This document shows positions 57,319 through 64,000 of a DNA stretch of 64,000 nt, one piece after another. How positions within the stretch are numbered: the stretch's first letter is position 1; the number at the start of each line of letters is the position of its first letter. This stretch comes from a virus. Both the position numbers and the translations under genes were made by a program. A model generated the notes under the pieces. It did not search any database. It was given only the letters and a program-made list of their open reading frames with translations, and was not told the DNA's origin. The stretch is taken from positions 1 to 64,000 of the IMG/VR virus record IMGVR_UViG_3300025154_000061, one strand, 5' to 3'.

Positions 57319-58173
57319 ATGTCGAAGCCCGTTCCGCCCGAATTCAAAGAGAGCGTGCTCGGTCTGCTCGTCGACCGGATCAAGGCGGCCCGGCCCGAGG
57401 TCGTGGTCGTGGGGGTCGTCGACGCGACCTACAAGTCGCCCGTCTGCTCGATCGTCTTCGACGCCGACCCGCTCGATCCCGAGGGCACGACCCGCAAGAC
57501 GATCGCGCAGGCCGAACAAGACAACGCGCCCGGCCCGATCGCGTTCGACCTGGGCTTCGCCAAGCCCTACGGCAGCGACAAGACGAAGGTCACGCTTCAT
57601 TCGCGCAAGTGGTCGTTCGGCGCCGACGAGTCGAAGACGTTGACGCAGAGGCGCGACGGCGACTTCAACCTCTCGCTCGGCGCGGTGTGGGTGCTCGACG
57701 TGCTCGACGACGTCAAGCGCTGCCGCCTCGCCAAGAAGAAGGCGGCCGAGGATCGCGCCGTGATCGTCGAGGCGGTCTTCGAGAAGCTCGGCTCGAAGTT
57801 CTGCGACCCCTCGACGGGCGCGCCCTTCGCCCGCCGCGAAGACGGCACGGCCCCGGGTTCCTACCGTATGAACGCCGCGAGCGATCGAACGCGCCTCGAC
57901 GTCGTGCGCGTCGACCCTTCGGGCGTCGACATTCCCTGCGTCAAGATCGAGGCCGTGCTTCACGGGGTGCCCCTCGACGCCGCCGAGCGCATCTTGCGCC
58001 GCCTCGTGCTCGAAGGCTTCGTCGACGAGGCGCCGCGCTGCCCGCCGAACGAGGTCTTGCGCAAGGCGTTCGCGCACGCCGACGCGACCCACGAAGAGCG
58101 CCTCGCCGAGCACGACGCCGCGTTCCTGCCCGGGGTCGACGCGCGGCCCGACCTCACCGACCCGCGCGAATAG
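57319..58173 (+). CDS. hypothetical protein
   Basis: RBS AAGGGG; codon usage. Confidence 0.7.
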   Translation: MSKPVPPEFKESVLGLLVDRIKAARPEVVVVGVVDATYKSPVCSIVFDADPLDPEGTTRKTIAQAEQDNAPGPIAFDLGFAKPYGSDKTKVTLHSRKWSFGADESKTLTQRRDGDFNLSLGAVWVLDVLDDVKRCRLAKKKAAEDRAVIVEAVFEKLGSKFCDPSTGAPFARREDGTAPGSYRMNAASDRTRLDVVRVDPSGVDIPCVKIEAVLHGVPLDAAERILRRLVLEGFVDEAPRCPPNEVLRKAFAHADATHEERLAEHDAAFLPGVDARPDLTDPRE

Positions 58174-58182
58174 GGGCGACCC

Positions 58183-58722
58183 ATGACGACGACCACGACA
58201 GCGCCCGAGACGGGCGCCGAAGAAGCGCTCGGTTGGCTTGGCGGCGACGCCGCCCGCCTGACCGCGCTCGCGAAGCGCTGCGCCCGCATCGTCGACAAGC
58301 TCGCCCCGATCGGCGACGAACTGCGCACGCAAGACAACCTCGGCACGAGCGATCCCGTCTTCATCGTTCAGCAGAAGCGCCGGATCTATGGCGGCGACGA
58401 GGGCTACGGCGATCACGTTTGGGTCAACGACGGGTGCGAGGCCGACGAGGAAGATCACAAGCGCTTCGACGAACTCGACCGGAACTTCGACGAGATCCCC
58501 GAGGGGTGGTCGCGCCTCGACTACGTCGACGTCTTCGACTTCGTGCGTGCGTGCTTCACCCGCAAGGCGGCCGAGCGCTACCTCGAAGAGAATCGCCACA
58601 ACCTGACCGAGCCCCGGATCTGGACCGACACCGCCTATCGCAATCGCGAATGGATCGAACTGCGGGCGCTCTTCGTCGAGTGCTCGCAGATCGTCGAGGA
58701 AGAGCGGGGCCGCCCGCTATGA
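58183..58722 (+). CDS. Ead/Ea22-like phage protein
   Basis: TQDN..TSDPVFIVQQKR...ACFT...YLEENRHNL..PRIW...YRNREW. Confidence 0.6.
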   Translation: MTTTTTAPETGAEEALGWLGGDAARLTALAKRCARIVDKLAPIGDELRTQDNLGTSDPVFIVQQKRRIYGGDEGYGDHVWVNDGCEADEEDHKRFDELDRNFDEIPEGWSRLDYVDVFDFVRACFTRKAAERYLEENRHNLTEPRIWTDTAYRNREWIELRALFVECSQIVEEERGRPL

Positions 58723-58934
58723 CGCTCGCGACCTGCAACCCCGCGCTCGCGACGGCCGTCGGTGCGGCGGTAGGGCTGGCGCTCTTTCTCGCTGCGATCG
58801 GCCTCGGCGCGCTCGTGCGTGGGCTCGTGCGGGATCGTGAGTTCCGACGTTGGGCGCTGCGCGAGAGCGCCGAGATCGCAGCATGGATCGCCCTCACCCT
58901 ATCCGCGCTCGCCCTTCTTCGGTCGTGCGCATGA
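58719..58934 (+). CDS. small membrane protein
   Basis: Two hydrophobic helices; ATGA overlaps. Confidence 0.55.
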   Translation: MTLATCNPALATAVGAAVGLALFLAAIGLGALVRGLVRDREFRRWALRESAEIAAWIALTLSALALLRSCA

Positions 58935-59194
58935 CGACCAAGGCCGAGGCCCGCGTAGGCGAGATCGTGGTTGCCGCCATGCGCGCGATCGCGGCCCGGG
59001 GCGACCGGGCGATCGTCTTCGTGACGCAGGGGCGCCGCGTCGAGAGCGATCTCGCGCCCGTCGTGGCGCGCGGGATCGACGACGTGCGCTTCGCCGAGGC
59101 CGTGCTCGTGCTGTCGGCGAACGGCTCGTCGATCGTCGTCGCCAAGAACAACCACGGGCGCCCCGAGGCGATCCCGCTCGACGAGCAATCGTGA
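58931..59194 (+). CDS. small protein resembling the DnaB C-terminal subdomain
   Basis: AEAVLVL....IVVAKNNHGRP. Confidence 0.45.
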   Translation: MTTKAEARVGEIVVAAMRAIAARGDRAIVFVTQGRRVESDLAPVVARGIDDVRFAEAVLVLSANGSSIVVAKNNHGRPEAIPLDEQS

Positions 59195-59370
59195 ACCGCG
59201 CCGACGACCTCGCCCTCGTGCTCGAAGTCTTCGCCGTGCGTTGGGTCGGGCAGACCTGCGCCCGCCTCGCTGGCGCGCAGACGTGGGCCTACGACCTCGA
59301 CGTTCGCGAAGTGGGCTACCTCGCCCGGGTCGTGACGTTGATCGCGACGCCTGCCCCGCCTGACGCGTAG
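59191..59370 (+). CDS. small hypothetical protein
   Basis: GTGA overlap with the upstream stop. Confidence 0.45.
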   Translation: MNRADDLALVLEVFAVRWVGQTCARLAGAQTWAYDLDVREVGYLARVVTLIATPAPPDA

Positions 59371-59371
59371 A
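59344..59371 (+). promoter_or_regulatory. GCGACG-N16-CGTAGA motif
   Basis: Recurring motif; shares 19 nt GCGTAGAAGGGGCGAACGC with the copy at 56115. Confidence 0.7.
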
Positions 59372-59398
59372 AGGGGCGAACGCTTCGAGGGGATCGCC

Positions 59399-59608
59399 GT
59401 GAAGCTCGCCGACGCCCGCCAACGCCACGACGAACGCACGCCGCGCGAGGTGCCGATCGTGCATTGGGCGGATCCCGCGCCTGACGCGCCGGGCTTTCGT
59501 TCGGTGCTCGCCGTCTGCGGGAACCTCGCGGGCTTCGCTGCGACGCACGCCTACGACACGACCTGCCCCGAATGCCTCGCCCGGTTGCGCGAAAGGTCGG
59601 GGAAGTGA
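59399..59608 (+). CDS. KLADAR-leader protein 1 (His/Cys-containing)
   Basis: Starts VKLADARQRH; H..CG...TCPEC. Confidence 0.6.
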   Translation: MKLADARQRHDERTPREVPIVHWADPAPDAPGFRSVLAVCGNLAGFAATHAYDTTCPECLARLRERSGK

Positions 59609-60018
59609 AGCTCGCCGACGCCCGCGATCGCTTCGTGCGTGGCGTCCCGACGTCGACGCCGCCCTTCACCGCTTCCGAACTGCTCGCCGCGTTGAAGGCG
59701 GCCCGCCTTCCGCTGACCGCTGGCGAGTTCGACGCAACGCACGAGTGGGCGATCCGCTACGGGCTGCCGCTCGCAGACGTGGTCGAGCGCATGAAGAAGG
59801 CGACCGACGACAAGGCCCTCGAACGCGCACAACGCAAGCGCCTCGACGCCAGCGCTCGCGCGCAGATCGACGCCGCGTTCGAGGCCCGCGAGCATTCGCC
59901 CGAAGCGCACGAGAGCCGCACCGCTGCGGATCTCTACCGGGAGGGGCACACTGTAGCCGACGCGGTCGCGATCGTCGTGGAATCGGCCGCCGCGTTCGCC
60001 AAGAGGGGCAGGCCGTGA
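59605..60018 (+). CDS. KLADAR-leader protein 2
   Basis: Starts VKLADARDRFVRGVPTSTP; GTGA overlap. Confidence 0.6.
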   Translation: MKLADARDRFVRGVPTSTPPFTASELLAALKAARLPLTAGEFDATHEWAIRYGLPLADVVERMKKATDDKALERAQRKRLDASARAQIDAAFEAREHSPEAHESRTAADLYREGHTVADAVAIVVESAAAFAKRGRP

Positions 60019-60743
60019 AGCTCGCCGACGTGCGCGCCCGCTTCGAGAAGGGGGTTCCGACCTCGACGCCCGAGGTCGAGGCCGTGACCGAGCCCGCCGA
60101 GCGCCCCGAAGACTACGGGCCGCACCTCTTCTCGACCCGCGAGCAACTCGAAAAGCTCGCCGACGCGTTCAAGGCTGGCGCGGTGTCGGCGAGTGCCTTC
60201 GGCGAGGCGTTCGCCCGCGTGGGTCGTTCGTTCGCCCACGGCTTCGGCACGCCGCCGACGTTCGTAATGTCGCTCGAACTGGCCGAGGCATACAAGAAGG
60301 CCGGGATCTCGGGCGTCAGCGTCGAGGGGCCGACGGTCGATCGCGTCGCCGGGATCAAGGTCGTGACGAGCCCGCACGTTCCAAAGGGGACCGTGCTAGT
60401 CGTCGGCGACGATCCATTCGCGGGGGTGAAGGGGATCTTCGACGACCCGCCCGCGCACCCCGCCTGTCGGTGCGGGATCGATCACGGCTTCATGGCCGAA
60501 GACGCGCTCGCGCTGTCGAGGATCTCGGCCGACCCGTGCGGCTTCGAGGCCCGCTTCCCGCGCCTCTTGAATCGCGACTTCAAGTTCGCCGCGCAGGCTC
60601 GCGCCGCAGGGCTCGCCGCCGCCGCGTGGGTCGTGCGCCTCTTCGCCTCGGTGGTCGGAGGCAGTCGACCGCCCGAACCCCGCGCCCGGTCGCCTACCTG
60701 CGCCCGGTTCGGGGCGCTTCTTGCGTGTCAACCGATAGGCTAG
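60015..60743 (+). CDS. KLADAR-leader protein 3 (mosaic)
   Basis: Starts VKLADVRARFEKGVPTSTP; GTGA overlap. Confidence 0.6.
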   Translation: MKLADVRARFEKGVPTSTPEVEAVTEPAERPEDYGPHLFSTREQLEKLADAFKAGAVSASAFGEAFARVGRSFAHGFGTPPTFVMSLELAEAYKKAGISGVSVEGPTVDRVAGIKVVTSPHVPKGTVLVVGDDPFAGVKGIFDDPPAHPACRCGIDHGFMAEDALALSRISADPCGFEARFPRLLNRDFKFAAQARAAGLAAAAWVVRLFASVVGGSRPPEPRARSPTCARFGALLACQPIG

Positions 60744-60750
60744 CCTATCG
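60733..60750. promoter_or_regulatory. perfect palindrome CGATAGGCTAGCCTATCG
   Basis: Identical to 11809-11826; 30 nt upstream of the 80-bp repeat. Confidence 0.7.
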
Positions 60751-60779
60751 CCAACCCCGCACGCCAAGCCGACCCGCGA

Positions 60780-60859
60780 ACAATCGACACAAGCCCTTCG
60801 CTTTTTTCTTGCGACGTTTACGCCCTAGACGTAAAAGGAAGGCGTCGGCAATGACGCCG
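60780..60859 (+). repeat. 80-bp intergenic repeat copy 1 (putative early promoter/leader)
   Basis: 79/80 identical to 62248-62327; T-tract, TTGCGA-N17-TAAAAG, hairpin GGCGTC-GGCAAT-GACGCC. Confidence 0.9.
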
Positions 60860-60873
60860 CGCAGGGGTTGAAG

Positions 60874-61194
60874 ATGAACGCCGTTCAGACCGAGACGATT
60901 CGCCAGTTCGTGACCCTCACGCCCGAGAGCCTGCGCTCGAACGGCCGCACCTTCAAGCGCACGACGACGCTCTTCGGCGCCGGGACCGAGGTCGTCTTCG
61001 CGTGGGCGAGCAAGCGCAAGGGCGCCTTCTGCGCCGACAAGGTCGTCGCGACGGTCGCCTACGACCACGCGAGCGACACCTACGGGATCAAGGTCGTTCG
61101 GTTCGACGGCGTCACCTTCGCGACCGAGACGCTCGCCGACCTCGACGGCGCGACCTTCGAGGCGTTCGAGAACGTCGCCGCGATCGCGGCGTAG
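60874..61194 (+). CDS. hypothetical early protein
   Basis: Follows the 80-bp repeat; AGGGG RBS. Confidence 0.7.
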   Translation: MNAVQTETIRQFVTLTPESLRSNGRTFKRTTTLFGAGTEVVFAWASKRKGAFCADKVVATVAYDHASDTYGIKVVRFDGVTFATETLADLDGATFEAFENVAAIAA

Positions 61195-61206
61195 GGGGGG
61201 GCGGCC

Positions 61207-61413
61207 ATGAAAGAGCACTGCGGGAACTGCGCGAAGACGCGCACCTTGTTCGACGTGACCGGGGCGCTCGCCTCTCACACGACCTGCGGCGTCGAGGCCG
61301 TGATCGGCGAGGCGACCGATCAACCCCCGAAGCGCTGCGTCTGTCAGAACGTCTACGACGAGACGAAGCCCGAGGGCTGCCCGGGTTGGGCGAAAGCGGC
61401 GGTGACGCGATGA
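61207..61413 (+). CDS. small Cys-rich protein
   Basis: CGNC...C...CVC...CPGW. Confidence 0.6.
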   Translation: MKEHCGNCAKTRTLFDVTGALASHTTCGVEAVIGEATDQPPKRCVCQNVYDETKPEGCPGWAKAAVTR

Positions 61414-61625
61414 CCTGCGAGCGCCAGATCGACGGGCTGTATATGGTGCGTGGGCTCGGGGCGCCCTTCCTCATGGCCGACAAGCCCCGCAAGCTCGGGA
61501 TGACCGACCCCGCCCGTAAGGGGTGGGCGTTCGCCCGTACCAACGGGCTGTCGTTCGGTTGGGGGCACAAGACCCGCAAGGCGTGCTTGGTCGAGATTGA
61601 ACGCGTCATGAACCGCGACGCGTGA
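61410..61625 (+). CDS. small hypothetical protein
   Basis: ATGA overlap. Confidence 0.55.
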   Translation: MTCERQIDGLYMVRGLGAPFLMADKPRKLGMTDPARKGWAFARTNGLSFGWGHKTRKACLVEIERVMNRDA

Positions 61626-61635
61626 GGGGGCAGCC

Positions 61636-62205
61636 GTGATCGAACGACACGAGATCTTGATCGCCAGCGTGGCCGAGGGGGACGTCGTTACCTATTGGTC
61701 GAGGAAGAGAAAGCAAGTGCGCACGGGGCGCGTCGTGCTCGTGCGGCCGCGCAAGCATACCTTGAAGGTCGAGCACGCGCGCGGCTTCAACGAAGAGATC
61801 GACCCCGCCGACGTGCGCCGCGTCGAGCGCGAGGGGCCGCCGCCGTTGACCGAGGCGCAGGCCGCCGCGTTGAAGCACACCCTCGACGGGATCGACGCCT
61901 GCCTCGATTTGCTCGCCAGCGACGAGAAGGCCCCGCCCGCCGTTCACCCGTTCAAGGCTGCGGTCGAAGCCGCCCTCTCGCGTGGCGGCGTCTTGAAGGG
62001 CGATCTCTGCGACGCCCTCGGGCGGGGCTCGCGCCCGGCTTGGTTCACCGAGATCATGGGACGGGTCGAGAGGGGCACGGCGACGATCGACGAGATCGGA
62101 TCGATCGCTGTCGTCTGCGCCAAGCACGACCCCGAGGCGACTCGCCGCGCTCGCTACCTGCGGGATCTCGTGCTGCTCGCCTTCGACTTCGGCACCTACC
62201 AATAG
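61636..62205 (+). CDS. hypothetical protein (SH3/KOW-like N-terminus)
   Basis: VAEGDVVTYW...GRVVLV...LKVE; RBS GAGGGGG. Confidence 0.6.
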   Translation: MIERHEILIASVAEGDVVTYWSRKRKQVRTGRVVLVRPRKHTLKVEHARGFNEEIDPADVRRVEREGPPPLTEAQAAALKHTLDGIDACLDLLASDEKAPPAVHPFKAAVEAALSRGGVLKGDLCDALGRGSRPAWFTEIMGRVERGTATIDEIGSIAVVCAKHDPEATRRARYLRDLVLLAFDFGTYQ

Positions 62206-62247
62206 ACAGCCCTATCGCTCGGCCTCGCCTGCCGTGCGGCCTTCCCG

Positions 62248-62327
62248 ACAATCGACACAAGCCCTTCGCTTTTTTCTTGCGACGCTTACGCCCTAGACGT
62301 AAAAGGAAGGCGTCGGCAATGACGCCG
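62248..62327 (+). repeat. 80-bp intergenic repeat copy 2
   Basis: 79/80 identical to 60780-60859. Confidence 0.9.
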
Positions 62328-62343
62328 AGGCGAGGGGCCGAAG

Positions 62344-62571
62344 ATGGAAATGGTTCAGGCGGTTCGTAGCGAGATCGTGAAAGACACGTTCCCCGGTTCG
62401 CGTCGCCCCTACGGCGTGCGCGTCTACCTGACCACGAACTACGGCACCGAGATCAAGGCCGTCGATACGTTCAACGGGGGCACGGGCTACAAGACGCGCC
62501 CCGAGGCCCTCACCGCCGCGCGCGGCTTCGTCGCCGCCTACGCGCCGCACGTCTCAAAGACCGGGAACTAG
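62344..62571 (+). CDS. small hypothetical early protein
   Basis: Follows the 80-bp repeat; GAGGGG RBS. Confidence 0.65.
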   Translation: MEMVQAVRSEIVKDTFPGSRRPYGVRVYLTTNYGTEIKAVDTFNGGTGYKTRPEALTAARGFVAAYAPHVSKTGN

Positions 62572-62580
62572 GGGATCAAG

Positions 62581-63042
62581 ATGGATCAAGCGACCTTCGA
62601 CACCCGCGCCGCCCTCTACGTCGACGTCGTCTCGCGGCTCCCCTTCGGCCGCGCCTTCCGCGCCCGGTTCGCTGGCGTCTCGCCCGTGACCGGGATCCGC
62701 TTCAACGTCGGCGACCCCTGCCGCATGATCGACGGCCTCGGCTGCGTGCCTGACGCCGATATGGGAACCGAGCGCCTCTCGATTCGACAGGGCGACACCG
62801 TCGCCCGCGTGCTCGACCGCTGCAACCTGCCGACCGTCGAGCGGGCGAAGGCGTGGGCGACCCGCGCCGACGTGCGCATCGTCGCGACGGTCAACGCGCA
62901 GGGGAAGGCGACGCCCTACGCGGCCGACGCGCAAGGTCGCTTCGGGCGCTCGGGTTGGGGCGGTCACGTCGAGCCCATGACCGACAAGCAGATCGCCGCC
63001 CGCATGAACGCCGCGACGCTGCTTGTCGCGTGGCCGAAGTAG
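62581..63042 (+). CDS. hypothetical protein
   Basis: RBS AGGGG; codon usage. Confidence 0.65.
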   Translation: MDQATFDTRAALYVDVVSRLPFGRAFRARFAGVSPVTGIRFNVGDPCRMIDGLGCVPDADMGTERLSIRQGDTVARVLDRCNLPTVERAKAWATRADVRIVATVNAQGKATPYAADAQGRFGRSGWGGHVEPMTDKQIAARMNAATLLVAWPK

Positions 63043-63088
63043 CACCTCCTGCACCTCCTGCCGATCTGCGTTGCGCCTGCACCTCCTG
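63042..63088 (+). repeat. three copies of GCACCTCCTG
   Basis: 63042-63051, 63051-63060 and 63079-63088, intergenic. Confidence 0.8.
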
Positions 63089-63097
63089 CCCCTTCCC

Positions 63098-63125
63098 GCG
63101 ACGCCCGACCCCTTCCTCTCGTAGA
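63098..63125 (+). promoter_or_regulatory. GCGACG-N16-CGTAGA motif
   Basis: Intergenic recurring motif upstream of the KTSC gene. Confidence 0.7.
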
Positions 63126-63155
63126 ACTCGGCGAAGACACCCCGCAGGGGCTACC

Positions 63156-63422
63156 ATGACCGACGCCGCGCCCGTCAGAACGATCCCGAAGCTGACCCCG
63201 GTCGACTCGTCGAACATCAAGGCGATCGGCTACGCCAAGGCCGCCCGCGAGTTGTTCGTCGAGTTCAACAAGGGCGGGCTCTACGTCTATCTCGACGTCC
63301 CGCCCGAAGAGGCGCTCGCCTTCGTGAAGGCCGAGAGCCTCGGCTCGCACCTCGCCAAGCGGATCAAGCCGACCTTCCGCTTCGAGAAGTGCCCGTCGCA
63401 GCCCGTCGAGGTGAGGCCGTGA
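63156..63422 (+). CDS. KTSC domain protein
   Basis: PVDSSNIKAIGY....LFVEFNKGGLYVYLDVP......KAESLGS....IKP. Confidence 0.9.
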   Translation: MTDAAPVRTIPKLTPVDSSNIKAIGYAKAARELFVEFNKGGLYVYLDVPPEEALAFVKAESLGSHLAKRIKPTFRFEKCPSQPVEVRP

Positions 63423-63643
63423 AGCGCCAGCGCTGCGACGCCGACACGGGCGGCCCCGGGAAGCCTTGGAAGCATTGCACGCGGCCCGCCGTCGTGAAGA
63501 TCTGGACGAAGGGCGGCGTCGAGCTTTGCTACTGCGACGAGCACAAGGCGCGGGCTAACGACACGACGGGCCGCTACCATTCCGGCGCCGCCTCGACGCT
63601 GTCGCTCGTGCTCGAACCTGCGGGGGTTAACGATGCACTTTGA
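63419..63643 (+). CDS. small Cys/His protein
   Basis: C...C...CYCDEH; GTGA overlap. Confidence 0.55.
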   Translation: MKRQRCDADTGGPGKPWKHCTRPAVVKIWTKGGVELCYCDEHKARANDTTGRYHSGAASTLSLVLEPAGVNDAL

Positions 63644-64000
63644 GATCTGCCGCGAGACACTCTCGGCCGCGCTGCGTTCGCTCTCGACGGGGATCGAGGT
63701 CGTGCGGCTTGAAGCCGACAAGACCCAACCGAAGCGGATCGCCCTCGTCGCGCGCCTGTCGGGCGTCGAGGTGACGACCTTCGTTCGCGCCTTCGGCGTG
63801 CGTTGGTCGGGGGCTTGCAGCCTGCCGCGCGCGGTGCTCGCGCGAGTCGTCGGCGCCATGCCCGCCAATGCGATCGAGTTCGAGTCGGTCGCCGGGTGGC
63901 GCACGAGCCCCGCCTTGAGGTTCAAGCCCGATTCGCCATCGGCTTGCGAGGCGATCCCGGGTTGGAATGCGCGCCGGGGTGTGCTCGTCAGCGGCGGCAC
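63633..64000 (+). CDS. partial gene, N-terminus resembling a beta sliding clamp (DnaN-like)
   Basis: My translation: MHFEICRETLSAALRSL...VRLEA...SGACSLPRAVLARVVGAMPANAIEF; runs off the window end. Confidence 0.4.
   Translation, partial: MHFEICRETLSAALRSLSTGIEVVRLEADKTQPKRIALVARLSGVEVTTFVRAFGVRWSGACSLPRAVLARVVGAMPANAIEFESVAGWRTSPALRFKPDSPSACEAIPGWNARRGVLVSGG

Overview
This 64-kb window is a GC-rich (roughly 70% by eye), contractile-tailed (myovirus-type) phage genome segment. Essentially all real genes lie on the + strand; I saw no integrase, tRNA or CRISPR. Bases 1-27.1 kb hold the morphogenesis and lysis genes: XkdF-like protease, scaffold, major capsid, neck, sheath, tube, a -1 frameshifted tail chaperone, tape measure, baseplate, beta-helix tail fibre, amidase endolysin and holin-like proteins. 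Bases 27.3-54.6 kb hold replication and recombination genes: SF2 helicase, DnaB-like helicase, primase, a MoxR/CobS AAA+ and vWA pair, a sigma factor, DnaE, HU, SSB, RecA, RuvC-like, UDG, SbcD, a ParB-Dam fusion and SbcC. Bases 54.6-64 kb are small early/accessory genes. The most striking feature is a pair of contiguous inteins, one in the SF2 helicase DExH motif and one in the SbcC Walker A motif. Neither has an in-frame homing endonuclease. Each instead hides a complete endonuclease gene in a different reading frame: a +1-frame DUF559/Vsr-like nuclease in one, an antisense HTH-HNH nuclease in the other. Each nested gene has its own sigma70-like promoter and RBS inside the intein, while the intein frame stays open across it. 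Also found: eight copies of a GCGACG-N16-CGTA promoter-like motif (candidate target of the phage sigma), a dispersed 18-bp palindrome, duplicated promoter cassettes and several odd small genes. All protein calls are from motif recognition by eye; no database searches were run.
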